Counted from the stretch's first letter, positions 1 through 8,300 are shown. The stretch: 64,000 nucleotides of DNA from Candidatus Moraniibacteriota bacterium (GCA_942490825.1 CALNYG010000005.1:134240-198239); one strand, 5' to 3'. Notes: generated by a model not told the origin, from the sequence alone. A program made the numbers and translations.

Positions 1-123
1 ATTCTGAATAGAAAGAGTATTCTAAGCTCTATTTAAATAATAACACGAGTTTTGAATTAATAAAATTATATGTTAAAATAAAACTGTAAAGATGTCGTCA
101 ACATCCGACAACATTTAATTCTA

Positions 124-147
124 AACAAGGGGTCATGACCCCTTGTT
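124..147. promoter_or_regulatory. Perfect 24-bp palindrome AACAAGGGGTCA/TGACCCCTTGTT, 14 nt upstream of the regulator gene start; candidate operator
   Basis: Loop-free 12+12 nt inverted repeat read directly. No T-run on either side, so it is unlikely to be a terminator. Confidence 0.35.
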
Positions 148-161
148 CATAAAAAATTATT

Positions 162-932
162 ATGAACATAACCCAAGCCCTAAAACAAATAAACTGCACT
201 GATAACGAAATAAACACCTTTCTCGCAGTTTTAAACAAAAAAGAAGGCATAACAGTTGTACAATTAAGTCGAGAATTAAACTTACCACGACCAACCATTT
301 ACGGACACCTCAATTCCCTTGCGGAAAAACAATTAATTAAAAAAGCACTAATTGAAAGCGGATCACGATTTTATGCTGAAGATTTAGAGAATATCACTCA
401 AATATTTGATAAAAAAAGCGAAAAAATAATTCAAGCAAAAAAAACATTAAAAGAAAGTCTAAAATCACAAAATAATCCCAGTTATCAACCAAAATTTTCC
501 ATTTACGATAATTCAAATTCAGCGGAATCTATATTTAACGATATTATACGAACTGGTGAAGAAACTTACTGGTTTTGGTCAGCGGAGGAAATGGTGAAAA
601 CAATTTCTCCAGATGTATTTAAGTCATTTAATCAGAAAAGAATAGAAAGAAACATAAAATTAAACGTTTTATGGCCAGAGAAAAAAACCGTTGATTTAAA
701 CGAAAATATATTTATAGGGAGTTCTAACTTGAAAGAATCTTTGCGAGAGATTAAAATTTTACCTAAAAACATTGATTTTACGATGGGATATGGTGTTTAC
801 GGTAATAAAGTGGCTTTTATTTCATCCCAGAGGGAAAATTATGCGTATGTGATTGATAGTAAAGAATTAAGTGAAACTATGAAGAATCATTTCAATTATT
901 TTTGGGAAATATCTAAAAATTACACGGAATAG
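162..932 (+). CDS. TrmB-family-like winged-HTH transcriptional regulator
   Basis: 256-aa ORF. The N-terminal segment FLAVLNKKEGITVVQLSRELNLPRPTIYGHLNSLAEKQLI looks like a TrmB/MarR-type wHTH. The C-terminal domain is uncharacterised. Confidence 0.6.
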   Translation: MNITQALKQINCTDNEINTFLAVLNKKEGITVVQLSRELNLPRPTIYGHLNSLAEKQLIKKALIESGSRFYAEDLENITQIFDKKSEKIIQAKKTLKESLKSQNNPSYQPKFSIYDNSNSAESIFNDIIRTGEETYWFWSAEEMVKTISPDVFKSFNQKRIERNIKLNVLWPEKKTVDLNENIFIGSSNLKESLREIKILPKNIDFTMGYGVYGNKVAFISSQRENYAYVIDSKELSETMKNHFNYFWEISKNYTE

Positions 933-969
933 TCGTTTTTTGGTGAAAAAAAGCTATTTTTGGTATATT

Positions 970-987
970 TTGTTCCACGTGGAACAA
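970..987. promoter_or_regulatory. parS-like palindrome, site 1 (TTGTTCCACGTGGAACAA)
   Basis: Perfect 18-bp palindrome. The core TGTTCCACGTGGAACA differs at one position from the Bacillus subtilis parS TGTTCCACGTGAAACA. Confidence 0.6.
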
Positions 988-1010
988 TTAAGTGAATTTA
1001 AAATAAAAAA

Positions 1011-1028
1011 TTGTTCCACGTGGAACAA
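1011..1028. promoter_or_regulatory. parS-like palindrome, site 2
   Basis: Perfect copy, extended to the 22-bp palindrome AATTGTTCCACGTGGAACAATT (1009-1030). Confidence 0.6.
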
Positions 1029-1050
1029 TTCAGATAGAATAGTATTAAAA

Positions 1051-1068
1051 TTGTTCCACATGGAACAT
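1051..1068. promoter_or_regulatory. parS-like palindrome, site 3 (degenerate)
   Basis: TTGTTCCACATGGAACAT has two mismatches to the other copies. Confidence 0.45.
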
Positions 1069-1233
1069 TTTTCGAATATTTTATAAAAATAAACGTAATT
1101 AGGTAAAATATGACAAATATTGTGAGAATTTTTTGAAATTGCTACATTAATTTCTTATATGGAAGTTATATTATTTCTCATTTCCCTCCTCTTTATGCTT
1201 ATTTCACACAATAATGGGTGTTTCGTGATTAAA

Positions 1234-1251
1234 TTGTTCCACGTGGAACAA
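1234..1251. promoter_or_regulatory. parS-like palindrome, site 4
   Basis: Perfect copy within the 22-bp palindrome at 1232-1253. Confidence 0.6.
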
Positions 1252-1309
1252 TTTCTTTGATTAAGTAAGTTTATTTTTTATCATTGCTAGTTTTAGCGAA
1301 GTAATTTCC

Positions 1310-1338
1310 ATAGTGAACGATTTTAAATCGTTCACTAT
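1310..1338. repeat. Inverted repeat ATAGTGAACGATTT-T-AAATCGTTCACTAT
   Basis: 14-nt arms read directly. It lies between parS-like sites 4 and 5. Function unknown. Confidence 0.4.
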
Positions 1339-1364
1339 AACAATCTATGATTCTGCTAATATAA

Positions 1365-1382
1365 TTGTTTCACGTGGAACAA
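1365..1382. promoter_or_regulatory. parS-like palindrome, site 5
   Basis: TTGTTTCACGTGGAACAA. The left half TGTTTCAC equals the canonical parS half-site. Confidence 0.55.
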
Positions 1383-1730
1383 AAGATTGGCTTAATAAAT
1401 TAAACTATAGTAATCTATTGCAATAAGTTTCTGTAGGCTTTTAAGAAAGACTCAACATTTTAAATTGTTAACTTGTTATTATTCAGTTAATAAGTCTCGA
1501 TTTTATCACTATCATGATTTATTTTAAATAAAAATAAATAAACTTTTCTAAAAGGGTTAATATAACGTATTAAATATTAAAATAAAGCGTAATTGTACGA
1601 CAAAAATGCTTAGTAGCTTTTTTAAATTTTTTAATACAAGAGCACCTAAATTTATTCCTAAACTAGCTATTAAATTTTAGTGCAGAATTTAAACTCCAAA
1701 ATATAGTAAATTAGATAGAGGGACTTGTTT

Positions 1731-1748
1731 TTGTTCCACGTGGAACAA
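1731..1748. promoter_or_regulatory. parS-like palindrome, site 6
   Basis: Perfect copy, ending 2 nt before the stop codon of the minus-strand gene at 1751. Confidence 0.6.
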
Positions 1749-1750
1749 TT

Positions 1751-2467
1751 CTATTTACCTTTATTACCATTATCGCTTGTAACATAGACAATGCCATTTA
1801 AGACTTTTACTGCTTCCCAACTACCCTTTTTACCAATTTTTATTTTATCTACAACTTTTTTATCTTCAATTAACATCACAATGTTTTTATCATCAGAAAT
1901 AACGTACAATATTCCATCTGCATAATCAGCTCCAGAAAGGTTAGAATAGGGTAATTCAAATTTATCCAATATTTTTCCTTTTAAGTTAATTTCATAAACT
2001 TTGTTATCACCTTGTCCAACTACATACAAGTTACTTTGAGGAGAACAGGCGATTCCTTCAACTCCAGAATTATTCTTACCAATTTTAAAATCAATTAAGC
2101 CAGTTTTATAAAAATTAGAATCTAAAATATATATTTTACCAGACTTTTCAGCAGCGATATAATACCTGTTATTACAGAAGGTCACGCCTTCTAAATCTCC
2201 ATCAAAATCATATTTTTTATCACCTTCATATATTTTTCCACTATCGTCAACTACAATCCATTTGTCATCATTCCATTCCAAACCAGAGGCTTCTTTAGCG
2301 GGGGTATCTAATATTTTTAATTTAGTCACTCTTACAACTTTCTCAATCTTTTTTTCAGGTTCATTTTTTTTATCACCTCTCTTATTAAAAATACTTTTAA
2401 ATACGATTAAAGCAAATACAAATAAGATAGATATAAAAATTAATAAAAATATTTTTTTATTAAACAT
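1751..2467 (-). CDS. Membrane-anchored or secreted repeat protein, possibly beta-propeller (SdiA-regulated/YjiK-like resemblance)
   Basis: 238-aa ORF with an N-terminal hydrophobic helix (IFLLIFISILFVFALIVF). Contains repeated GKIY/LYVV/ILYVI strand-like motifs. The family assignment is tentative. Confidence 0.55.
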   Translation of the reverse strand: MFNKKIFLLIFISILFVFALIVFKSIFNKRGDKKNEPEKKIEKVVRVTKLKILDTPAKEASGLEWNDDKWIVVDDSGKIYEGDKKYDFDGDLEGVTFCNNRYYIAAEKSGKIYILDSNFYKTGLIDFKIGKNNSGVEGIACSPQSNLYVVGQGDNKVYEINLKGKILDKFELPYSNLSGADYADGILYVISDDKNIVMLIEDKKVVDKIKIGKKGSWEAVKVLNGIVYVTSDNGNKGK

Positions 2468-2691
2468 AGGTTAATTATTTTTTAAAATTAATTTTAATTT
2501 ATTATGGTTTAAGGCTACAAATTAAGTAATACGATAGCAAACGAATCCTTTGAGACACTACTTCCACTTAGAGTAGAGAACTTCCCTTGCTTTTATGTAT
2601 TTAATTAATTTTAGCACTTATAATTTTTAAAATCAAACAAATTTATTCAATTGTCAACAAAAACCCAGTTGTAGTCAACATTGCCACTAAA

Positions 2692-2707
2692 CCACAATAT
2701 ATAGTAT
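2692..2707. promoter_or_regulatory. Candidate NrdR box upstream of nrdD
   Basis: CCACAATATATAGTAT resembles the NrdR operator consensus acaCwAtATaTwgTgt. Only one box is convincing, and no nrdR gene lies in the window. Confidence 0.3.
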
Positions 2708-2755
2708 AATTTTCAATTCTTGTGGATATGTCGACTAAACTTACTAAAAAAAGTA

Positions 2756-2764
2756 TGCTATAAT
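2756..2764 (+). promoter_or_regulatory. Extended -10 promoter element (TGcTATAAT) for nrdD
   Basis: TGnTATAAT lies 55 nt upstream of the ATG. The same 14-mer, TATAATAATTTCAG, recurs at 9218 upstream of the PrgI-like gene. Confidence 0.4.
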
Positions 2765-2818
2765 AATTTCAGGTAAGCGAGGGCAACCTTCTTTATTTTT
2801 TTAACTAAAAAACACAAC

Positions 2819-4930
2819 ATGGGAATCCATAAAATCAAAAAACGCAACGGAGAGATAGTAGATTTTGACATATCAAAGATAGAAAGTGCCATAGAAAAGG
2901 CCTTTTCAGCAACAGGAATTCAGGATGATTCAAGTAAAATTTGCGAGAAAATCTATGTAGAATTAGATGAAAATTATACAGAAGAAGTACCTACAGTTGA
3001 AGAAATACAGGATGCCGTCGAAACTATTTTAATCAAAGAAGAATATTCAGATACTGCCAAAGCATATATCCTCTATCGTCAAAAAAGAATCGAACAGCGA
3101 GCTGATCAAAATGTCATGGTAGACGTTGAAAAAACCATGGGGGAATACCTCAAACAGTTAGATTGGCGAGTTAATGCCAATTCAAATATTGGGTACTCTT
3201 TGGGAGGGATGATTTTAAACACTTCGGGAAAAGTTACTGCGAACTATTGGTTATCACATGTTTATCCAAAAGCTATTGGAGAAGCTCATCGAAATGCTGA
3301 CATTTATATTCACGATTTGGATTTTTTCTCAGGATATTGTGCCGGCTGGAGTTTGCGAGTTTTATTAGAAGAGGGATTTAACGGGGTTCCTAGTAAAGTC
3401 GAATCAGATCCGCCGAAACATCTTTCGAGCGCAGTTTCTCAAATGATTAATTTTTTAGGAACTTTACAGAACGAGTGGGCAGGAGCACAGGCTTTTTCTA
3501 GCTTTGACACATATTTAGCCCCTTTTGTCAAGAAGCGAGAAATGGAATTGCGAAAAGAAATCGAAGAATCTGAAATGAGTTTTCCTTCAGATGATAAAAA
3601 AGAAGCGTATATTGAAAAATCAATTGAAAAATACGTTTTTCAAAATGTTCAGTCTTTCGTATTTAATTTAAATATTCCATCTCGATGGGGAACACAGACA
3701 CCTTTTACTAATATTACATTAGACTGGCTGTGTCCAGATGATATGAAAGAGAAGACTTTGCTATTAGGAGGAAAGCCGTTCGAATATAAATATGGTGAAT
3801 TGCAGAATGAGATGAATGTTATTAATAGAGCTTTTCTTAAAGTGATGATGAAAGGAGATGCAAAAGGGCGAACCTTTACCTTTCCAATTCCGACCTACAA
3901 TATTACCAAAGATTTCAATTGGGAAGATCCAAAAGTTTTACCACTTTTCGAAATGACAGCTAAATACGGGACTCCTTATTTCCAAAATTTCATTAATTCT
4001 GACTTAGATCCGAAGGACGTGCGGTCAATGTGTTGTCGTTTACAGTTAGATTTGAAAGAATTACGTAAAAGAGGTGGTGGATTATTCGGTTCAGCGGAGA
4101 TGACAGGTTCAATCGGTGTAGTTACGTTAAATATCGCAAGAATTGGTTACAATTTTAAAGGTGATAAAGAAGGATTATTAAATAGGATTAAAGAATTAAT
4201 GGAACTAGCGAAGACTTCTTTAGAAATTAAACGAAAAGTTATTCAAAAATGGACAGATTTAGGTTTGTTTCCCTACACAAAGCGTTATTTAGGCAAATTA
4301 GATAGTCATTTCTCAACAATTGGTGTGAATGGAATTAATGAAGCAATTCGTAATTTTACGGATGATAAGGAAAACATTGTTACAGAATATGGTCAAAAGT
4401 TTGCTGAAGAAGTTTTAGAATTTGTTCGAGAAGGGCTTTCCGAATTTCAAGAGGAGACTGGTAATCTTTATAATCTTGAGGCAACGCCAGGCGAAGGTGC
4501 AAATTATCGTTTTGCCAGGGAAGATCAAAAGAAATTTGAAGAAATTATTCAGGCTGGAACTGAAGATGCTCCTTATTATACTAATTCTACTCAAATTCCA
4601 GTGGGATATACTGATGATGTATTTGAAGCACTTGATTTACAGGATAAATTACAAACAATGTACACAGGAGGAACTGTTTTTCATGCGTATATGAGTGAGA
4701 AACTAAGTTCAGGTGAAGCGTGTCGAGATTTAGTGAAAAAGATTTTAACTAATTATCATTTGCCTTATTTGACAATTACTCCGACATTTTCTGTTTGTCC
4801 AAAGCATGGTTATTTAGCAGGAGAGCATGAGTTTTGTCCAAAATGTGATGATGAATTAGGTATTGTGGATGGTGATAAAGTTGATCCGGAGATGGTGAAG
4901 AAACATAGGAGTGAGGAAGCACATCGTTAA
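2819..4930 (+). CDS. nrdD: Anaerobic ribonucleoside-triphosphate reductase (class III RNR) large part; lacks the glycyl-radical C-terminus
   Basis: 703-aa ORF. It has an N-terminal ATP-cone (IKKRNGEIVDFDISKIESAIEKAF) and the C-terminal zinc motif CPKHGY...CPKC. It then ends in a non-conserved 25-aa tail without an RVxGY-type glycyl-radical motif. Confidence 0.9.
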   Translation: MGIHKIKKRNGEIVDFDISKIESAIEKAFSATGIQDDSSKICEKIYVELDENYTEEVPTVEEIQDAVETILIKEEYSDTAKAYILYRQKRIEQRADQNVMVDVEKTMGEYLKQLDWRVNANSNIGYSLGGMILNTSGKVTANYWLSHVYPKAIGEAHRNADIYIHDLDFFSGYCAGWSLRVLLEEGFNGVPSKVESDPPKHLSSAVSQMINFLGTLQNEWAGAQAFSSFDTYLAPFVKKREMELRKEIEESEMSFPSDDKKEAYIEKSIEKYVFQNVQSFVFNLNIPSRWGTQTPFTNITLDWLCPDDMKEKTLLLGGKPFEYKYGELQNEMNVINRAFLKVMMKGDAKGRTFTFPIPTYNITKDFNWEDPKVLPLFEMTAKYGTPYFQNFINSDLDPKDVRSMCCRLQLDLKELRKRGGGLFGSAEMTGSIGVVTLNIARIGYNFKGDKEGLLNRIKELMELAKTSLEIKRKVIQKWTDLGLFPYTKRYLGKLDSHFSTIGVNGINEAIRNFTDDKENIVTEYGQKFAEEVLEFVREGLSEFQEETGNLYNLEATPGEGANYRFAREDQKKFEEIIQAGTEDAPYYTNSTQIPVGYTDDVFEALDLQDKLQTMYTGGTVFHAYMSEKLSSGEACRDLVKKILTNYHLPYLTITPTFSVCPKHGYLAGEHEFCPKCDDELGIVDGDKVDPEMVKKHRSEEAHR

Positions 4931-4939
4931 ACTGTAGAT

Positions 4940-5077
4940 ATGTCATTCTGAACGAAGTAATTTTGTTGTTAAACAAAATTACGCAGTGAAGAATCCCAAT
5001 AAGTTTTTCTGATATTGAAAGTGTTGCGGTGCACCGTTCGGAATTCTTCATTTCGCTCCGCTACATTCAAAATGACA
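4940..5077. mobile_element. MITE-like repeat (ATGTCATTCTGAA variant) inside the nrdD interruption
   Basis: The ends ATGTCATTCTGAACG ... CATTCAAAATGACA are inverted. The internal units GAAGAATCC/GGAATTCTTC are also inverted. It belongs to the family seen at 7394, 8061, 19905, 27154, 33045 and 46298. Confidence 0.55.
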
Positions 5078-5160
5078 AAAAATTTATAATTTAAAAATTT
5101 TCAATCCTGACGTAATTATCAAATTTATAAATAAAAAATAATTAATTAATATAGAAATAT

Positions 5161-5328
5161 ATGCAAAATGCAAAACGTACTCGTTGCGAGGTTTGGACTC
5201 GGACAATGGGATATTATCGACCGACTTCTTTTTATAACTTAGGGAAGAAATCTGAGCATTATTCTCGAAAGCATTTTCAGGAATGTGTTTGTGCTAATAA
5301 GGACTTTACTGAAAAGTATTCTGATTAA
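5161..5328 (+). CDS. nrdD: Stand-alone glycyl-radical segment of NrdD (55 aa)
   Basis: My translation is MQNAKRTRCEVWTRTMGYYRPTSFYNLGKKSEHYSRKHF... The stretch CEVWTRTMGYYRP..NLGKK.E...R matches the class III RNR C-terminal glycyl-radical loop. A strong terminator follows. This ORF is absent from the supplied track because it is under 60 aa. Confidence 0.75.
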   Translation: MQNAKRTRCEVWTRTMGYYRPTSFYNLGKKSEHYSRKHFQECVCANKDFTEKYSD

Positions 5329-5344
5329 AAATTAGAAGATGGTT

Positions 5345-5374
5345 AAAAAACCCGCCGTGATGGCGGGTTTTTTT
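5345..5374 (+). terminator. Rho-independent terminator after the nrdD C-terminal ORF
   Basis: AAAACCCGCC-gtgat-GGCGGGTTTTTTT. Confidence 0.85.
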
Positions 5375-5395
5375 AAAAAATTAAATTAAAAAAAT

Positions 5396-5953
5396 ATGTA
5401 TAATAGACCACGCATGAGTAGAAAAACAATAGAAGCTTACTATTTGGAGAATGAACAAAAAATCCAAAGAGAGATCTTTCAAGAGAGCAATGTAGATCTT
5501 TTAAATATTGATAGCTATTATAAAAAATATTCTTTAAATCCTATCGTAATTGACAAAAATAAAGAAAAGAAAAATAACGGTGAGTCTAAAAGAATCAAAA
5601 TAGAAGTTCCAATCATTGAAAATAATAAAATAGATAAAATTTCTAAATTAGAATCATTAAGATTTCCGGATATTTCTCTAGAAAAAGAATTTTCATTCTT
5701 TGATAATAAAATAACTTTTTATTTAAATATTTCGGATGGTGATAATAATATAGATCCTGAAGAAATAAAAAAGAATAAAAAAAGCAAAGAGAGTGATTTG
5801 AAAGAGCTTATTTCTTGTAAAAATACTGATATTGAAAAAGGAAATAAAGAAATCAAAAAAATTATTGAAGATTCAATAGAAAAAAGAATTATTGAATTAG
5901 AAGAAGATAAAAAACATTTAGCTTCTGTGCTTAAAGAAATAAATGAAGATTAA
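5396..5953 (+). CDS. Hypothetical Lys/Glu/Asn-rich protein
   Basis: 185-aa ORF of low-complexity charged sequence. No recognisable motif. Confidence 0.5.
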   Translation: MYNRPRMSRKTIEAYYLENEQKIQREIFQESNVDLLNIDSYYKKYSLNPIVIDKNKEKKNNGESKRIKIEVPIIENNKIDKISKLESLRFPDISLEKEFSFFDNKITFYLNISDGDNNIDPEEIKKNKKSKESDLKELISCKNTDIEKGNKEIKKIIEDSIEKRIIELEEDKKHLASVLKEINED

Positions 5954-5981
5954 AGAGATTTTTAATTAAAGAGAATAAATC

Positions 5982-6015
5982 AAAAAACCACTCGCCAATA
6001 CCAAGTGGTTTTTTG
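5982..6015. terminator. Bidirectional intrinsic terminator between convergent genes
   Basis: AAAAAACCACT-11 nt loop-AGTGGTTTTTT, with A/T runs on both sides. Confidence 0.75.
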
Positions 6016-6022
6016 TTTATTT

Positions 6023-7228
6023 TTACAATCCACTAACAAATCTCCCCTGAGTCTCACTCAAAATACCATTAATAGCATCCAAATCCTTACAACCATACTT
6101 CATACTCGCAGAATAAAACCTCTTTTTCGGTCCATGACAACCACCATTATCCTTATGCAACGGCGTCAAAACAGGCATCAAAAAACCAACATCTTGCGAA
6201 ACAAACTTATCATGAAGATCCTTTAACGTCTCATGCCTTTTCTCCTCACTCATTCGAGAAAACTTACTCATATCATCACCAATCACGCCACTCCAATCCA
6301 AGTGAACAAAAACATTCTTAGCTTTAGATTTATATCTCTCATGCCATAACAAAGCCCAACACCAACCACCATTTTCAGCACTCCACCAACGTGAAAAACA
6401 CTGTTGATCTTCAACGCTACCATCAGTATGCAAGCCAATTCCACCTTCAATAAAATCAAATATTTTTAAATAATCCTTATCCTCAATATCATTAGTCTGA
6501 GCACCAATCACAATTTTAACACCACGTTTTTTAGCATAATCCCGCATATTTTTCACCACTTCTCGAGTACGTTTTGGATCATCAATATCTTCTTCCTGAT
6601 AAAAAACCTGACCAAACATAAAAACCTGAATACCATTTTCAATAGCATCTTCAGTTATTTGCTGAACATAATTACGATATTCTTCTTCACTAAAACTAGG
6701 TTTACAAGTGTGCTCGCCCCAATAATTTTTGCTATTTTCTCGACACATTTCACCAAAATCAAATTCACGATCCTCTTTTTTAAAATAATAATTCTCTTTT
6801 TTATTAATAGCTTCAGCAATAAACATCCCGTACAAAATATCTTTTTTATCTATTTGCGCTTGTATTTCTTGAACTTCACTAAAATCAGGCGCATCCAACC
6901 AAGTTTCCAGAGCTCGATGTAGGTAATAACACTCACTATCATTAATAACTTTTATATCCTTACTGCTTTTATTGTAGCCGCTAAGCAATCCGTCGGCAAC
7001 ACAACCTTGCGTTTTCATTTTCTTTATATCTGGATCAGCAAAGTTAAGTGGGATATCTTTTTTATCTATAGGTTCAGTTATGACCACAGGCTCTACTTTA
7101 GGAGGTACAGCAAAAGTTGGCACTTCTTCTTTGAAATTAGTCGATTTAGGTATAACAAACCAGACAGTCATTAGAAAAAGGACTGGTAATATAATTAATA
7201 TTCTTTTTTTGATTTTAAATAATTTCAT
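6023..7228 (-). CDS. Hypothetical membrane-anchored exported protein
   Basis: 401-aa ORF with an N-terminal TM/signal segment (ILIILPVLFLMTVWFVIP) and several Cys and Trp-rich motifs. No family recognised. Confidence 0.65.
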   Translation of the reverse strand: MKLFKIKKRILIILPVLFLMTVWFVIPKSTNFKEEVPTFAVPPKVEPVVITEPIDKKDIPLNFADPDIKKMKTQGCVADGLLSGYNKSSKDIKVINDSECYYLHRALETWLDAPDFSEVQEIQAQIDKKDILYGMFIAEAINKKENYYFKKEDREFDFGEMCRENSKNYWGEHTCKPSFSEEEYRNYVQQITEDAIENGIQVFMFGQVFYQEEDIDDPKRTREVVKNMRDYAKKRGVKIVIGAQTNDIEDKDYLKIFDFIEGGIGLHTDGSVEDQQCFSRWWSAENGGWCWALLWHERYKSKAKNVFVHLDWSGVIGDDMSKFSRMSEEKRHETLKDLHDKFVSQDVGFLMPVLTPLHKDNGGCHGPKKRFYSASMKYGCKDLDAINGILSETQGRFVSGL

Positions 7229-7280
7229 ATTTTTTGTAAATTTCTCTCCTGCTTATATTATAACAGAGTTATTAAAATAA

Positions 7281-7345
7281 ATTGTGCCTGTCTGCCCTGC
7301 CTTTGCCGGCAGGCAGGCGAACAGGCAGGCTAGCCGCACGGGCTT
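7281..7345. repeat. GC-rich imperfect hairpin plus a reverse copy of the 19-mer variant
   Basis: GCCTGTCTGCCCTGCC-tttgcc-GGCAGGCAGGCGAACAGGC is followed by GCTAGCCGCACGGGCTT. Confidence 0.6.
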
Positions 7346-7393
7346 TTTAGGCTTAAGATTTTAAACCCCTATAAAATTATGTAAGTCCACAAA

Positions 7394-7528
7394 CATGTCA
7401 TTCCGGAAAATATATTTTCTTTTGTAGAAACGTCGATTTATCGCGTTTTATAGATAGAAAATAATTTATCCGGAATCTATACTATAAGTTTAAAGAAAAT
7501 TTTAAAGTATAATTTTTCAGGATGACAT
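7394..7528. mobile_element. MITE-like element (ATGTCATTCCGGAA ... TTCAGGATGACAT)
   Basis: Terminal inverted repeats. The first ~90 nt match the copy at 8061 with a single mismatch. Confidence 0.6.
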
Positions 7529-7607
7529 AGGAAAAAATTCATGACTTAATAAATCTAAAATATTAGTGTATAATGTTAAAAAGAAGGTTTAATTTTAGTG
7601 TATTTCT

Positions 7608-8033
7608 ATGAAAAAAATTATTACTAATTCAGCTAAAGAGACACAACAGTTAGCATTTGATTATACCTTGAAAATAGCAAAAGGTCAAGTGGTTTGCTTT
7701 CAAGGTGATTTAGGTGCAGGGAAGACTACTTTTATTCAGGGGATGTTAAATTTTCTAAACGCGGAAAAGCCATATACTAGTCCAACTTTTGTGATTATGA
7801 AGAAATATCGAGTTAATCATGATATAATAAAGAACGTGTATCATATTGATGCTTATCGAATAGATGATAATTCCTTATTTGATTTGGGTTGGGATGAAAT
7901 TGTGCGAGATCCAGAATCTCTAGTTTTATTGGAATGGCCAGAAAAGATTGAAAAGTCTATTCCGAAAGATGCTCAATTAATTAAATTTAAGTGGATTGAT
8001 GAAAATTCGAGGGAGATTGATTTTAGTAAATAA
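7608..8033 (+). CDS. tsaE: tRNA t6A37 threonylcarbamoyl-transfer protein TsaE
   Basis: 141 aa with GDLGAGKTTFIQG (P-loop), SPTF and HIDAYR motifs typical of TsaE/YjeE. Confidence 0.85.
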   Translation: MKKIITNSAKETQQLAFDYTLKIAKGQVVCFQGDLGAGKTTFIQGMLNFLNAEKPYTSPTFVIMKKYRVNHDIIKNVYHIDAYRIDDNSLFDLGWDEIVRDPESLVLLEWPEKIEKSIPKDAQLIKFKWIDENSREIDFSK

Positions 8034-8060
8034 AAGTTGAGTTATTTTTGAATCTCCAAA

Positions 8061-8266
8061 CATGTCATTCCGGAAAATATATTTTCTTTTGTAGAAACGT
8101 CGATTTATCGCGTTTTATAGATAGAAAATAATTTATCCAGAATCTATATTTTAGGTTTTTTTAAGTCTTAAAGCATAGATTCCGGATAGACTAATTTGTA
8201 TTCAACCTGTCTGTCGGCAGACAGGTCGCTACGCTCTTGAACAAATTATGTCTTCCGGAATGACAT
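8061..8266. mobile_element. MITE-like element, longer copy with a nested GC hairpin
   Basis: CATGTCATTCCGGAA ... TTCCGGAATGACAT. It contains CCTGTCTGTCGGCAGACAGG. It has the same orientation as the 7394 copy, so tsaE is bracketed by direct copies. Confidence 0.6.
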
Positions 8267-8300
8267 AACAATAAGTTAACAATTAAATTAATAATAAAAT

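Noticed and set aside
970-1750. CRISPR array reading of the repeated 18-22-bp units.
   Set aside because: The repeats are perfect loop-free palindromes with irregular spacing (about 40 to 366 bp). No cas genes are present, and the sequence matches the parS consensus.
4985-5010. Hammerhead-like CTGATA...GAAAG inside the MITE copy, and a twister-like AAGCCCG in the 19-mer.
   Set aside because: The core nucleotides are incomplete: it reads CUGAUA where CUGAUGA is expected, and there are no flanking stems I-III. The 7-mer similarity to twister is trivial.
4857-5180. Calling the nrdD interruption a group I intron outright.
   Set aside because: I could not find conserved core elements (a P7/R-S-type GTTCAGAGACTA...AAGATATAGTCC-like pair) or a convincing P1/IGS pairing. 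Much of the insert is a family MITE plus AT-rich sequence. It is kept only as one alternative in the finding.
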